A stretch of 64,000 bases of DNA from DHVE2 group archaeon (GTDB lineage: Archaea; Thermoplasmatota; Thermoplasmata; Thermoplasmatales; Aciduliprofundaceae), in the NCBI GenBank assembly GCA_015523125.1, contig WAKX01000040.1:19601-83600 (forward strand), in the 5' to 3' direction. Position numbers and translations under genes: made by a program. Below the pieces are notes generated by a model, which worked only from the letters and a program-made list of their open reading frames with translations, did no database searches and was not told where the DNA came from. This document shows positions 17,352 to 27,448 of the stretch, piece by piece. Each line of letters opens with the position of its first letter. Position 1 is the stretch's first letter.

Positions 17352-18017
17352 TCATTTTTGCTTCTCTTCTAATTCCATTTCCCTTATCTCCAGCTCGCCG
17401 CGGATTCCGTTCCATTTCTTGCGCATGTTTTTCACAATCACCCTCTTTTTGAAAAATGGGGCGTCGAGCACAAAGCTCTCATACTCGCCCCCCTCACCCG
17501 CTATATTTATTTTGTACTTTTTCTCCACTTCCTTCAATTTTTCCAATACTTCAAAATCGATTATTTTTCCAAGATACCACTCGTCCAAGCCGTACGCGTA
17601 AACTCCAATTATCATTATTTCGAGCCCGGCGGAGAGCATGTCTCTGAGGAGCATCTCCTGATTTTTACCCCAGAGTGGCGCATAAGAGAGAAGACCCAAG
17701 TCCGTGCAAACTTCTTCGATTTTCGTCTTTTGATAATTTGACGCAATTGCCCCGCTCACTACCGCGTCCACATCGTAATTCTCCAGTATTTTTTTCAGTT
17801 CTTCCATCTCGTCTCCTATACGATACACATCTCTCGGAATTTCCATTGCCTGAGCTTGATATTCGGTTCTCTCAATCTGGGGGATGTGGTACATGTACGA
17901 CTCTTCGTTCTTCGGGTAAATGGTAACGAGGCGAGTTATCTCGAATCCCTGCTGCATGGCGAGATATATTGAATACGTGGAGTCTTTGCCTCCCGAAAAC
18001 AGAGCGATTGCCTCCAT
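17352..18017 (-). CDS. dph6: Diphthine-ammonia ligase-like PP-loop ATPase (Dph6 / MJ0570 family)
   Basis: MEAIALFSGGKDS PP-loop, ...VVSGAIASNYQK..., GEGGEYES. The start is set at 18017 so that a promoter gap to rps12 remains. The ORF extends to 18092. Confidence 0.8.
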   Translation of the reverse strand: MEAIALFSGGKDSTYSIYLAMQQGFEITRLVTIYPKNEESYMYHIPQIERTEYQAQAMEIPRDVYRIGDEMEELKKILENYDVDAVVSGAIASNYQKTKIEEVCTDLGLLSYAPLWGKNQEMLLRDMLSAGLEIMIIGVYAYGLDEWYLGKIIDFEVLEKLKEVEKKYKINIAGEGGEYESFVLDAPFFKKRVIVKNMRKKWNGIRGELEIREMELEEKQK

Positions 18018-18041
18018 AAGAGGATAAGGGAATGAGGTAAT

Positions 18042-18055
18042 AAAATTTTTATATT
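18042..18055. promoter_or_regulatory. AT-rich TATA-like element in the dph6/rps12 divergent spacer (possibly bidirectional)
   Basis: The sequence aaaatttttatatt lies about 32 nt from the dph6 ATG (18017) and about 42 nt from the rps12 ATG (18091). The latter also has a GGTGAT SD at 18081-18086. Confidence 0.4.
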
Positions 18056-18090
18056 GAACCCTCTTCATGTGGCTGAATAAGGTGATTCCC

Positions 18091-18519
18091 ATGGGAAATG
18101 GACTTTATAACGCGAGAAAATTGCAAAACGATCGTAAGGAATTCAGGTGGAGCGACAGATACTATAAGAGAAGAGTGCTCCGTTTGAAAGAGAAGAGCGA
18201 TCCCTTAGAAGGTAGCCCGCAGGCTAGAGGGATCGTTATCGAGAAGGTTGGTATAGAGGCAAAGCAGCCCAACTCCGCCATAAGAAAATGCGTCAAGGTT
18301 CAACTCATAAAGAATGGACGCGTGGTGACAGCTTTCGCCCCCGGAAACGGAGCAATAAATTTCATAGATGAGCACGACGAGGTTGTGATTGAGGGAATAG
18401 GAGGAAGATTGGGAAGGTCGAAGGGAGATATTCCGGGAGTTCGTTACAAGGTAATCAAAGTCAACGGCATTTCCCTTAACGAACTGGTCCGCGGAAGAAA
18501 GGAGAAACCGGTGAGGTGA
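18091..18519 (+). CDS. rps12: 30S ribosomal protein S12 (uS12)
   Basis: ...[26 protein letters not shown]...PGVRYKV. A GGTGAT SD lies 4 nt upstream of the ATG. Confidence 0.97.
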   Translation: MGNGLYNARKLQNDRKEFRWSDRYYKRRVLRLKEKSDPLEGSPQARGIVIEKVGIEAKQPNSAIRKCVKVQLIKNGRVVTAFAPGNGAINFIDEHDEVVIEGIGGRLGRSKGDIPGVRYKVIKVNGISLNELVRGRKEKPVR

Positions 18520-18523
18520 TCAA

Positions 18524-19090
18524 ATGGCAGATTTTCAAATATTTGGAAAATACTCCACCGACGATGTGGTTGTTAAAGACCCCGGTCTAGTGAGGTACAT
18601 CAATTTAGATGCACGCATGGTTCTCCACACCCATGGGAGACATGTGAAGAAGCATATGGGTAAAGCGAATGTGAACATAGTTGAGAGGCTGATAAACAAC
18701 ATGATGCGCACCGAGAAATACACGGGAAAGAAGATGAGCGCCTACAACGTGGTTAAAGAGGCTTTCGAAATCATTGAGAAGAGAACCAAGCAGAATCCCC
18801 TTCAGGTATTGGTTAATGCCATAATCAACTCTGCCCCTAGGGAAGAGGTAACGAGGTTGAAGATGGCCGGAATCGCTGTTCCGAAGGCTGTGGACGTGGC
18901 CCCTTCGAGAAGGGTTGATATAGCCCTCAGAAACATAGCGATTGGGGCCGTGAACAGCACGTTCCGCAATACAAAATCCGCAGCCGAATGCTTGGCTGAT
19001 GAGATTATAAAAGCGTCTAAGAACGATGTATCCAGCTACGCAGTTTCCAAGAAGGAAGAAGTGGAGCGCGTGGCTGCATCTGCGAGATAA
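18524..19090 (+). CDS. rps7: 30S ribosomal protein S7 (uS7)
   Basis: 188 aa. Conserved position in the str-operon, with a GAGGTGATC SD upstream. Confidence 0.95.
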   Translation: MADFQIFGKYSTDDVVVKDPGLVRYINLDARMVLHTHGRHVKKHMGKANVNIVERLINNMMRTEKYTGKKMSAYNVVKEAFEIIEKRTKQNPLQVLVNAIINSAPREEVTRLKMAGIAVPKAVDVAPSRRVDIALRNIAIGAVNSTFRNTKSAAECLADEIIKASKNDVSSYAVSKKEEVERVAASAR

Positions 19091-19100
19091 GGTGATTTAG

Positions 19101-21305
19101 ATGGGAAGGAAAGAAGATAACATTAAAAAAGCCATGAAAATAATGAGCAACATAGAGTACATAAGAAACATAGGTATCGTAGCTCACATAGACCACGGGA
19201 AAACCACCCTGAGCGATAACCTGATCGCCGGCGCGGGAATGATGAGTGAAGAGCTGGCTGGAAAGCAACTGGTTCTTGATTTCGATGAGCAGGAACAGGC
19301 GAGAGGAATCACAATAAACACCGCTTCCGCAAGCATGGTTCACGAGTACGAGGGAAAGGAGTACTTGATCAATCTGCTGGACACTCCGGGTCACGTGGAC
19401 TTCGGAGGCGATGTGACTCGAGCAATGAGGGCCGTGGACGGTGCTGTGGTCGTGGTTTGTGCCGTGGAAGGCATAATGCCCCAAACCGAGACGGTTTTGA
19501 GGCAGGCCCTCAGGGAGAGAGTAAGACCTGTTCTTTTCATCAATAAAGTTGATCGATTGATAAACGAGCTCAAGTTAGATGGGCAGCAGATGATGGCTCG
19601 CTTCGAGAAGATAATAAAAGAAGTAAACAAGCTCATAAGGAGATATGCAGAAGAAGAGTATCGCGATAAATGGATGGTTCGCGTTGAGGACGGAAGCGTG
19701 GCATTCGGAAGCGCATACCACAACTGGGCCATAAGCGTGCCATTCATGAAGAAATCGGGCATATCTTTCAAAGATGTTTTCGAGTATCTCCAGCAGGAGA
19801 AACAGAGAGAGTTGGCAAAGAAAGCGCCCTTGCATCAAGTGGTTTTGGACATGGTGGTTAAGCACCTGCCCAATCCGAAGGTGGCTCAGAAGTATAGAAT
19901 TCCAAAAATATGGCACGGAGATTTAGATAGTCCGATAGGTAAATCCATGCTCTCCTGCGATCCTCATGGCCCTGTGGCAATGATGGTAACCAAGATAGTT
20001 ATGGATCCCCACGCGGGGGAAGTGGCCGTTGGTCGCCTTTTCAGCGGCACACTTCGCAAAGGCCAAGAATTGTACATAGTGGGAATGGGCAACCGCAAGT
20101 ACCGCATCCAGCAACTCTCCATGATGGTTGGTCCTGATAGAATTCCAGTGGATGAGTTGGACGCTGGAAATATCCCTGCGATAATCGGATTGAAAGATGC
20201 CATTGCAGGTTCCACCGTATCCTCCGAGCCGGATATTGAGCCATTCGAGCCCATGAAGCACTACAGCGAGCCTGTGGTTACAGTGGCAATCGAAGCGAAG
20301 CACACCAAAGACCTGCCGAGGTTGATAGAAGTGCTAAGAACCGTTTCCAAGGCGGACCCGAGCTTGAGGGTGGAAATCAATCAGGAAACAGGAGAGCACC
20401 TTTTGAGCGGTATGGGAGAATTGCATTTAGAGGTCACCGTTTACAGAATCGTCAACGAATACAAGGTAGAAGTAATCACATCTAAGCCCATCGTGGTTTA
20501 CCGCGAGACCGTGGACCACAGAGCAGGGCCATTCGAAGGTAAGTCGCCTAACAAGCACAACAAGTTCTACATCGTAGTAGAACCCTTAGAAGAGGGAGTA
20601 ATAGAAGCGATTCAAAGCGGTGACATTCCTGAGATGGACAGAATTAAGGATAAAAAAGCTGTGGCAAAAATACTTGAGGAAGCTGGAATGCCCAGAGATG
20701 AGGCAAAGAAGTTAGAAGCTGTTCGCGGCCCCAACGTTCTCTTGGATATGACATGGGGCGTTCAGTACCTCAACGAGACTATGGAATTGGTAAAGCAGGC
20801 GTTCTTCGAAGCCGTTGAAAAAGGTCCACTGGCCAACGAGAAGCTCTACGGAGTGAAGGTCAAATTGATGGATGCAAAGCTCCACGAAGACTCGATTCAT
20901 CGCGGTCCCGCTCAAATCATACCTGCTGTCCGCAACGCAATTTACGGAGCGATGTGCCAGGCAACCCGTGTGCTTCTCGAACCAATTCAGAAGGTTTACG
21001 TGAACGTGCCCACAGAGTTAGTGGGTGCTGTAACGCGGGAGATACAGCAGAGGCGCGGAGTAATCGTGGATATGGAGCAGGAAGATTACCAGACGATAAT
21101 ACATGCTAAGGCACCCGTTGCGGAGATGTTCGGATTCGCTTCCGCTATAAGAAGTGCAACGGGCGGAAGAGTTCTCTGGAGCACTGAAAACGCAGGGTAC
21201 GAGAGGGTTCCGAGAGAGTTACAACCCCAGATAGTAAGGCAGATACGAGAGAGAAAAGGCTTAAAGCCCGAGCCCTACGACGAGAATTATTACGCAGGGC
21301 TCTGA
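19101..21305 (+). CDS. fusA: Translation elongation factor 2 (aEF-2)
   Basis: 734 aa. G1 [10 protein letters not shown]3 DTPGH and NKVD motifs. The diphthamide His lies in the HRG context at codon 600 (20898-20900). Confidence 0.98.
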   Translation: MGRKEDNIKKAMKIMSNIEYIRNIGIVAHIDHGKTTLSDNLIAGAGMMSEELAGKQLVLDFDEQEQARGITINTASASMVHEYEGKEYLINLLDTPGHVDFGGDVTRAMRAVDGAVVVVCAVEGIMPQTETVLRQALRERVRPVLFINKVDRLINELKLDGQQMMARFEKIIKEVNKLIRRYAEEEYRDKWMVRVEDGSVAFGSAYHNWAISVPFMKKSGISFKDVFEYLQQEKQRELAKKAPLHQVVLDMVVKHLPNPKVAQKYRIPKIWHGDLDSPIGKSMLSCDPHGPVAMMVTKIVMDPHAGEVAVGRLFSGTLRKGQELYIVGMGNRKYRIQQLSMMVGPDRIPVDELDAGNIPAIIGLKDAIAGSTVSSEPDIEPFEPMKHYSEPVVTVAIEAKHTKDLPRLIEVLRTVSKADPSLRVEINQETGEHLLSGMGELHLEVTVYRIVNEYKVEVITSKPIVVYRETVDHRAGPFEGKSPNKHNKFYIVVEPLEEGVIEAIQSGDIPEMDRIKDKKAVAKILEEAGMPRDEAKKLEAVRGPNVLLDMTWGVQYLNETMELVKQAFFEAVEKGPLANEKLYGVKVKLMDAKLHEDSIHRGPAQIIPAVRNAIYGAMCQATRVLLEPIQKVYVNVPTELVGAVTREIQQRRGVIVDMEQEDYQTIIHAKAPVAEMFGFASAIRSATGGRVLWSTENAGYERVPRELQPQIVRQIRERKGLKPEPYDENYYAGL

Positions 21306-21336
21306 TTTTTCTTTCTATTTTTAGGATTTTTTCTTT
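21306..21336 (+). terminator. Oligo-T tract cluster downstream of aEF-2 (archaeal intrinsic terminator-like)
   Basis: T5, T5 and T6 runs lie at 21306-21310, 21318-21322 and 21327-21332, directly after the TGA. Confidence 0.5.
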
Positions 21337-21433
21337 ACTTTCGCCATCATCAAAATCAATCCATATTATTTTCGAACCTATGCACAGGAAAACATGATTT
21401 ATCCCCTGTGCTCCGAGGATTGCGAGCAAAAGC

Positions 21434-21442
21434 ATTTATATA
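21434..21442 (+). promoter_or_regulatory. TATA box for the EF-1alpha/S10 transcription unit
   Basis: The sequence atttatata lies about 46-54 nt upstream of the ATG at 21488. An AGGAGGT SD sits at 21474-21480. Confidence 0.55.
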
Positions 21443-21487
21443 CCATGAGTATATGGGGAAAAGAAAACCGAATAGGAGGTATTAAAA

Positions 21488-22759
21488 ATGGCAGAAAAAC
21501 CACACATGAATATCGTGTTCATAGGACATGTGGACCACGGTAAATCGACCACAGTGGGCAGATTGCTCTACGAGCATGGCGAGATAGACCAGAGAATCAT
21601 AGACAACTTCAGGAAGGAAGCAGAGGAGAAGGGAAAAGCCACATTCGAATTTGCCTGGGTTATGGACAAACTCAAGGAGGAGAGAGAGAGGGGAGTTACC
21701 ATCGATGTGGCCCACAGAAAGTTCGTCACCGATAAATATTACTTCACAATAATAGACGCCCCAGGCCACAGGGACTTCGTTAAGAACATGATCACTGGTA
21801 CATCCCAGGCAGACGCCGCAATATTGATAGTGGCTGCTCCAGAGGGTGTGATGGAGCAGACCAAGGAGCACCTCTTCCTGGCAAGAACCCTCGGCGTGCC
21901 CCAGATGATCGTAGCAATAAACAAAATGGACGCTACAAAGCCCCCGTACAGCGAGCAGAGATTCAAGGAAGTGAAAGCAGAGGTCGAGAAGCTCCTCGCA
22001 ATGATCGGTTGGAAGGACGTCCCGATAATACCTATCAGCGGTTACAAGGGAGACAACATAATGAAGAAGAGTGAGAACATGCCCTGGTGGAACGGCCCAA
22101 CTCTGCTGGAGGCTCTCAACAACCTCAAGCTCCCGCCGAAGCCCACAGACAAGCCACTCAGAATACCCGTGCAGGACGTTTACAGCATCACAGGTATAGG
22201 AACTGTGCCCGTGGGTCGCGTTGAAACAGGAGTAGTGAAGGTTGGAGATAAAGTTACATTTATGCCAGCCAATGTGAGTGGCGAAGTTAAGAGCATAGAA
22301 ATGCATCATCAGCCTATGCAAAAGGCTGAGCCCGGCGATAACATAGGGTTCAACGTGAGAGGCGTTGGTAAGAAGGATATAAGAAGAGGAGATGTTGCGG
22401 GCCATACCGACAATCCGCCAACCGTGGCCAAGACATTCACAGCGCAGATTGTCGTGTTGAACCATCCGAGCGTCATTGCACCTGGATACACCCCCGTGTT
22501 CCATGCGCACACGGCTCAGATAGCCTGCACATTCGAAGAAATCATAAAGACTCTCGACCCGAGAACCGGTGCAACCAAGCAGGAGCATCCCGATTTCATC
22601 AAAACCGGCGATATCGCCATAGTGAAGATCAGGCCCACAAGGCCCATGGTGATAGAGCCCGTGAAGGAGATTCCGCAGTTAGGTCGCTTCGCAATACGCG
22701 ATATGGGCCAGACCGTGGCCGCGGGCCAGTGCATTGAGGTCGAGAAGAAACAATTCTAA
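21488..22759 (+). CDS. tuf: Translation elongation factor 1-alpha (aEF-1A / EF-Tu)
   Basis: 423 aa. [14 protein letters not shown] and NKMD motifs. Confidence 0.98.
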   Translation: MAEKPHMNIVFIGHVDHGKSTTVGRLLYEHGEIDQRIIDNFRKEAEEKGKATFEFAWVMDKLKEERERGVTIDVAHRKFVTDKYYFTIIDAPGHRDFVKNMITGTSQADAAILIVAAPEGVMEQTKEHLFLARTLGVPQMIVAINKMDATKPPYSEQRFKEVKAEVEKLLAMIGWKDVPIIPISGYKGDNIMKKSENMPWWNGPTLLEALNNLKLPPKPTDKPLRIPVQDVYSITGIGTVPVGRVETGVVKVGDKVTFMPANVSGEVKSIEMHHQPMQKAEPGDNIGFNVRGVGKKDIRRGDVAGHTDNPPTVAKTFTAQIVVLNHPSVIAPGYTPVFHAHTAQIACTFEEIIKTLDPRTGATKQEHPDFIKTGDIAIVKIRPTRPMVIEPVKEIPQLGRFAIRDMGQTVAAGQCIEVEKKQF

Positions 22760-22786
22760 ACCCCCTTTTTTATTTTGGTGATAAAT

Positions 22787-23101
22787 ATGGCTGTTTACAG
22801 AGCGAGGATAAAACTAAGCGGCACCGACCATAAGAAAGTAGACGAAGTTTGCGGCCAGATTAAGACTATCGCCGATAGAACCGGCGTGGAGATGCATGGT
22901 CCAATTCCACTACCAACTAAAAGGCTCGTAGTGCCAATACGCAAGGCTCCGGACGGTGAGGGAAGCGAGACATGGGAGCGCTGGGAGATGAGAATTCACA
23001 AGAGGCTCATAGATATAGACGCCGACGAACGCGCTCTGAGGCAGCTCATGAGAATACAGATTCCGGACGGAATCCATATAGAAATAGAGCTGAAATCGTA
23101 A
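22787..23101 (+). CDS. rps10: 30S ribosomal protein S10 (uS10)
   Basis: [12 protein letters not shown]...LD, typical S10. A GGTGAT SD at 22777-22782 favours the ATG at 22787 over the TTG at 22775. Confidence 0.93.
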   Translation: MAVYRARIKLSGTDHKKVDEVCGQIKTIADRTGVEMHGPIPLPTKRLVVPIRKAPDGEGSETWERWEMRIHKRLIDIDADERALRQLMRIQIPDGIHIEIELKS

Positions 23102-23140
23102 AGTTGAAAATTTTTTATACTTTCCCAATATCTTCCAAGT

Positions 23141-23998
23141 ATGGATCAAGAGCTCATCAACGATATTTTGGATTTTCAGAAAAACGAAATCACCGAGCAT
23201 TTTGTGTACAAAAAATTGGCTGAAAAAGACAAGAAGAACGGAGAGGTTCTGAATAGAATTGCAGGAGACGAGTATAAACATTACCTCTTCTGGAAGAACC
23301 TGAGCGGAAAAGATGTAAATCCCGATGAGAGAAAAATAAGAAAATACCTGTTTATCTCGAAAATTTTCGGAATAACCTTCGCAATAAAGATGATGGAAAA
23401 TGGTGAATGGGCAGCTCAAGAGGCATACTCCAAGTTCAAAGGGAAAATAGAGGGAATAGAATCAATAATCGACGATGAGATAAAGCACGAAAAAGCACTC
23501 ATAGAAATGATAAAAGAAGAGAAAATAGAGTACGTTGGCTCAATGGTTTTAGGTTTGAATGATGCTTTGGTTGAACTCACAGGCGCCCTCGCGGGATTGT
23601 CATTTGCGCTTCAAAACACGAGGCTAATAGGGGTAGTTGGGTTAATAACGGGTCTGGCGGCTGCAATGTCCATGGCTTCTTCTGAGTATCTTTCGAAGAA
23701 ATCGGAAAAATTTGACAGGCCGGGAAAGGCCGCCGGTTACACGGGACTCGCGTATCTCCTCACGGTAATACTCCTGATTCTCCCGTATTTCATATTAAAT
23801 ACCTATTATTTCGCCCTCGCTGGAACGCTAATATTCGGCCTGTTCGCCATTCTGCTCTTCACATTTTTCGTCTCCGTTGTGAAGGAAATGTCGTTCAAAA
23901 GACTATTTTTAGAGATGGCGCTTTTGAGCTTTGGGATAGCTGGCATTTCATTCATGATTGGTGTAATTATAAGAACATTCTTCGGGGTGGATATATAA
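23141..23998 (+). CDS. VIT1/CCC1-family Fe/Mn transporter with an N-terminal ferritin-like domain
   Basis: The N-terminal four-helix ferritin-like region contains E..H pairs (EITEH, DEYKH, DEIKHE). The C-terminal VIT1 membrane domain shows GLNDALVELTGALAG. Confidence 0.8.
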   Translation: MDQELINDILDFQKNEITEHFVYKKLAEKDKKNGEVLNRIAGDEYKHYLFWKNLSGKDVNPDERKIRKYLFISKIFGITFAIKMMENGEWAAQEAYSKFKGKIEGIESIIDDEIKHEKALIEMIKEEKIEYVGSMVLGLNDALVELTGALAGLSFALQNTRLIGVVGLITGLAAAMSMASSEYLSKKSEKFDRPGKAAGYTGLAYLLTVILLILPYFILNTYYFALAGTLIFGLFAILLFTFFVSVVKEMSFKRLFLEMALLSFGIAGISFMIGVIIRTFFGVDI

Positions 23999-23999
23999 C

Positions 24000-24323
24000 T
24001 TATTTTTTCACCCCGAAATAGTACTCTCTTCCGTCTTCTACCTTTATTTTCCCGCTCTTAGTTTGGGTAAACACTGACATTATCTTCACGTAGACCCTAT
24101 CCTCGGGGGCAACCCAGACATAGCCACTGTGGTAGCAGTAAACCTTGTTCTTGCTGAAATAGAAATACACATTAATCAGCGGCTTGGTTATGTCATCTAT
24201 CGGATATATATTTCCCCTAAACAGATGCGTGTGTTTCGAAAGGATTTTGTGTATATCTTCTGTGTGGAACTTATTTTTCAACTTCTCTATTTCTTCGTGC
24301 TCCACGTCCTCACTTTCAGGCAT
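24000..24323 (-). CDS. Hypothetical protein
   Basis: 107 aa ORF with no recognisable motif. It lies directly downstream of a tRNA gene on the same strand. Confidence 0.4.
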   Translation of the reverse strand: MPESEDVEHEEIEKLKNKFHTEDIHKILSKHTHLFRGNIYPIDDITKPLINVYFYFSKNKVYCYHSGYVWVAPEDRVYVKIMSVFTQTKSGKIKVEDGREYYFGVKK

Positions 24324-24338
24324 CCATAATCACCCCAG

Positions 24339-24413
24339 CGGGCGCGGCGGGATTCGAACCCGCGACTTGCAGCTTAGGAGGCTGCCGCCATATCCTGGCT
24401 AGGCCACGCGCCC
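24339..24413 (-). tRNA. tRNA-Arg (anticodon CCU)
   Basis: The reverse complement is GGGCGCG-TG-GCCT...GCAGC-CTCCTAA-GCTGC-AAGTC-GCGGG-TTCGAAT-CCCGC-CGCGCCC-G. The cloverleaf is complete, the anticodon loop reads CU-CCU-AA, and no CCA is encoded. Confidence 0.9.
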
Positions 24414-24510
24414 CATTGGAAGGGAAAGTGGGAAACATTTATAAAGAATTCGATTGGAAACCCTTAAATACGATATATGTAATATCGATACATACATAAC
24501 GGTGTTATGT

Positions 24511-24852
24511 ATGGAAAGAGTGAAGGAGAAAATAAATCGGGAGATGCGCTCCGGCATTTACACCCTGATCATTCTGAAAGTAATAGAGGATCTGGGCGAG
24601 ACGTACGGCTATGAGATTCAAAAATACGTTCACGAGAAAACGGGAATCGAGCTGAAAGACGCGACAATTTACCCTGTGTTGAGATATTTAGTTAAGAAAA
24701 AAATTCTGAAAGCGTACTGGACCGAGCCCAGCGCTGGAATGCCCCGAAAGTACTATTCTCTCACCGATGAAGGTAAAAAACTGCTTGAAAAATTGATTGA
24801 TGACTACAAAAAATTGATAAGCGATGTGGACAAAATAATAGGAGGTGCATGA
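24511..24852 (+). CDS. PadR-family transcriptional regulator
   Basis: IILKVIEDLGETYGYEIQKYV...ATIYPVLRYLVKKKIL...RKYYSLTDEG is the classic PadR wHTH. The ORF extends to 24454. Confidence 0.9.
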   Translation: MERVKEKINREMRSGIYTLIILKVIEDLGETYGYEIQKYVHEKTGIELKDATIYPVLRYLVKKKILKAYWTEPSAGMPRKYYSLTDEGKKLLEKLIDDYKKLISDVDKIIGGA

Positions 24853-24853
24853 A

Positions 24854-25663
24854 ATGGTGGATTTGTTAATTCTGTTAATAAACATAATATATCTCCTGAC
24901 AGGAATTTTGGAGTACTTCATCGCTCCGAAAATTGGCCCCAACCCATACTTGGGATTCAAGATAGGATATACGTTTGCAGACAGAGAAGTGTGGAATAAA
25001 GCGAACAGACTCATGGGCAAGTTCATTATTATTCATTCACTCATCCTCTTTCCCACGGCCCTAATTCCCAACTTTTTGCTCTATTACCTAATCCTATTCA
25101 TGGTTCCCCTTATAGCGTTCATCCCCTTCGGGATAAGGTACGCCGCCATACAATTAGAAATGAAGGGGGCAAAATCTGAAAATGTATCCCAGATAAAAAT
25201 GGAGGGAATAACCGTCGGAAAGTTTTGGTCTCTTTCCCCCTTCTTATTATACCTTTTGTTAATTGCATTAGAATTCATCACCTACCCATCTTTACCAGAT
25301 GTGATAGCAGTGCACTTCGATGCCGCGGGCAATCCCAATGGGTGGAGCTCAAAAGGTTCTTTTCTCATATCATATTCTCTCTTCGCCCTCTTCGCTCCCG
25401 CTTTCTCGTATCTGTTCATCTACCTTGGAAAGAAATACCCCATGTACATTCACCCCGGCAAAATGCGCTTTCCCCGAGATGCTTTTCTCAAGATGACCAT
25501 TCTCTCGATGGATATAATGACCATCATCCTCATCTCCGTTTATTATTCCATATACATCTACGCCGTGGAGAAAATCGTGGTGCCGTGGACTTGGTTCTTA
25601 ATAGTTACCATCATTTTAATTCTAGTTCCAATTGGATACTTGGTGTATAAATGGAGGCGATAA
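24854..25663 (+). CDS. Membrane protein with an SdpI-like N-terminal half and a DUF1648-like C-terminal half
   Basis: PNPYLGFKIGYTFADREVWNKANR is SdpI-like. LPDVIAVHFDAAGNPNGWSSK is DUF1648-like. A GGAGGTG SD at 24841-24847 favours the ATG at 24854. Confidence 0.65.
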   Translation: MVDLLILLINIIYLLTGILEYFIAPKIGPNPYLGFKIGYTFADREVWNKANRLMGKFIIIHSLILFPTALIPNFLLYYLILFMVPLIAFIPFGIRYAAIQLEMKGAKSENVSQIKMEGITVGKFWSLSPFLLYLLLIALEFITYPSLPDVIAVHFDAAGNPNGWSSKGSFLISYSLFALFAPAFSYLFIYLGKKYPMYIHPGKMRFPRDAFLKMTILSMDIMTIILISVYYSIYIYAVEKIVVPWTWFLIVTIILILVPIGYLVYKWRR

Positions 25664-25666
25664 AAA

Positions 25667-26581
25667 ATGTATATGGAAGCTGTAAGTCTGACTAAAAAAT
25701 ACGGAAACTTCTACGCACTCAGGGATTTGAACGTGAAATTTGAAGGGGCAAAGTGCATAGGGTACCTCGGCCCCAACGGCGCCGGAAAGACCACGACGCT
25801 GAAGCTTTTCACGAATCTCTTGAATCCAACAAGCGGGGAAGCGATAATAAACGGATACAACGTGAAAAAAGAATTAAAGAAAGCTTTGAAAGATGTGGGT
25901 ACCCTCATAGAAACCCCGGGATTCTACTCATACTTGACTCCCGTTGAACTCCTGAACATGCTCTGCGAAATCAGGATGGCAAATAAATGCGACGTGAAGA
26001 ACGCCCTCGAAGAAGTGGGCATGTACGAATGGAAGGACAAAAAAGTTGGAAAGTTCTCAAAGGGGATGAAGCAGAGAATCGCCATAGCTGCAGCCTTAGT
26101 AACCAACCCTGAAATTCTGATTCTCGACGAGCCAACCACGGGCATGGACCCGCGGGGAATGGCGGAGATAAGGCAGGTGATAAAAAACTTGAAAAAGGAG
26201 AAGAGGATGATTCTGATGTCATCCCATCTTCTACCGGAAGTTACGGAGGTGTGCGATGAAGTGGCTATGATTAACCGCGGGAAACTTCTTCTCTACGAAA
26301 GCATCGACAAGCTCAGCGAGAAATTCAGAGGGAACTCCGTGGTGGTAACTTCAATGAACGAAATAGACGAGCAGAAAATAATGAATCTCGAAGGCGTGAA
26401 ATCCGTTGAAAAGCTTTCGGATACGAAGATAAAAATAGATTTTGAAGACGGCGCGGAGATGCAGTACAGAATTCTCTCGGAACTGATCACCATGGGAATA
26501 AAGGTGGTGGATTACCGCGCATCTGGAATGGCTCTGGAAAAAGCGTACCTGCAGATGATTGGAGGTGAAACCAATGAGTGA
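25667..26581 (+). CDS. ABC transporter ATP-binding protein (ABC-2/CcmA-like)
   Basis: Walker A GPNGAGKTT, signature FSKGMKQR, Walker B ILILDEPT, and H-loop SSH. Confidence 0.93.
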   Translation: MYMEAVSLTKKYGNFYALRDLNVKFEGAKCIGYLGPNGAGKTTTLKLFTNLLNPTSGEAIINGYNVKKELKKALKDVGTLIETPGFYSYLTPVELLNMLCEIRMANKCDVKNALEEVGMYEWKDKKVGKFSKGMKQRIAIAAALVTNPEILILDEPTTGMDPRGMAEIRQVIKNLKKEKRMILMSSHLLPEVTEVCDEVAMINRGKLLLYESIDKLSEKFRGNSVVVTSMNEIDEQKIMNLEGVKSVEKLSDTKIKIDFEDGAEMQYRILSELITMGIKVVDYRASGMALEKAYLQMIGGETNE

Positions 26582-27383
26582 CCTGAAGCAGATGTGGATT
26601 ATGACAAAATACCAGTTCAAAAATTATATGAGAGCGAAGAGGCTCTACATACTCCTCCTAATCACGAGCTTAGTAATCGCATTAATTGTGAGCGTTAATG
26701 TTTATTTCGGAAATCCATCTGAGGAGGATATTAAGAGCACTGCATCGAGCTTTGCGAATTTCTCTGAGATTCTAGTGGTACTCACAGCACTTTTCTTCGG
26801 AGGAGATGCTATCGCGGGGGAGTATCAGAACAAAACCGGCTATTTCCTTTTGCCGAATCCAATTAGGAGGTACGTGATATACTGGGGAAAATATTTGGCT
26901 TCCCTGCTGGCAAGTCTTATTGTCCTCCTATTCTATCTCATTTCAGGCATGCTCTACACCTTCTACTTCCACGGCACAATTCCCTCAGAATATCTTTACT
27001 CCATGCTTTATTCCTTCGTGTTCCTCGTGAGTCTGCTGGCATTCACGTATTTATTCTCCACCTTCTTCAAGAACGGTGCGGTTGCCCTCACCATCGTGGC
27101 AATTCTCTATTTCTTCGTGTTCAACATAATTGACGGAGTATCGCAGATTGCCAGCGTGGAGCCGTGGTTCTCAATAACCTACGCCTCAGGAATAATAACG
27201 TTAGTGTTTCAAGGGAGTTACATGGGAGATTATCCCCATTCTCAAGTGATACACGCAGGGAAAGGATTAACGATAACAGCATACAATCCATACCTGTGGG
27301 AAGGCGTGGCCATAATGCTCGGGTACTTTGTAATATCGGCTATAATAGGCACTTTGATCTTCCAGAGGAAAGAGATGAAGTAA
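26574..27383 (+). CDS. ABC-2 type transporter permease
   Basis: Six hydrophobic helices. The ATG at 26574 follows a GGAGGTGA SD and overlaps the ATPase stop (ATGAGTGA). Confidence 0.8.
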   Translation: MSDLKQMWIMTKYQFKNYMRAKRLYILLLITSLVIALIVSVNVYFGNPSEEDIKSTASSFANFSEILVVLTALFFGGDAIAGEYQNKTGYFLLPNPIRRYVIYWGKYLASLLASLIVLLFYLISGMLYTFYFHGTIPSEYLYSMLYSFVFLVSLLAFTYLFSTFFKNGAVALTIVAILYFFVFNIIDGVSQIASVEPWFSITYASGIITLVFQGSYMGDYPHSQVIHAGKGLTITAYNPYLWEGVAIMLGYFVISAIIGTLIFQRKEMK

Positions 27384-27448
27384 ATCGTTGGAAAAAATTA
27401 AATACAATAAACATCTTAATTATTTTTGTGGGAAACAGCGAGGATAAA

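Noticed and set aside
19101-21305. Inteins or other insertions in aEF-2 (and likewise PolD-DP2, 46441-49755)
   Set aside because: - Protein lengths (734 and ~1100 aa) are standard.
- Conserved motifs follow each other without interruption.
- No Cys/Ser...HN splice-junction blocks were seen.
21382-21411. Hairpin GCACAGG-N16-CCTGTGC between EF-2 and EF-1alpha
   Set aside because: - It has only a 7-bp stem with a 16-nt loop.
- It is not followed by a T-tract and lies upstream of the tuf TATA box.
- It is too weak to call a regulatory RNA without comparative data.
21482-22588. 368-aa ORF on the minus strand opposite EF-1alpha
   Set aside because: - It is the codon-aligned antisense frame of an unmistakable EF-1alpha gene.
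- It stays open only because the sense strand avoids TTA, CTA and TCA codons.
- The predicted protein is His/Cys/Leu/Val-rich with no motif.
24000-24420. Possible integrated element at tRNA-Arg(CCU)
   Set aside because: - No integrase is present.
- I could see no duplicated tRNA 3' segment (att-like repeat) nearby.
- Only one small hypothetical ORF adjoins the tRNA.
27164-27448. Upstream extension of the RHH ORF
   Set aside because: - It lies in an alternate frame of the ABC-2 permease 3' end.
- The RHH fold begins exactly at the internal MVRVPKD.
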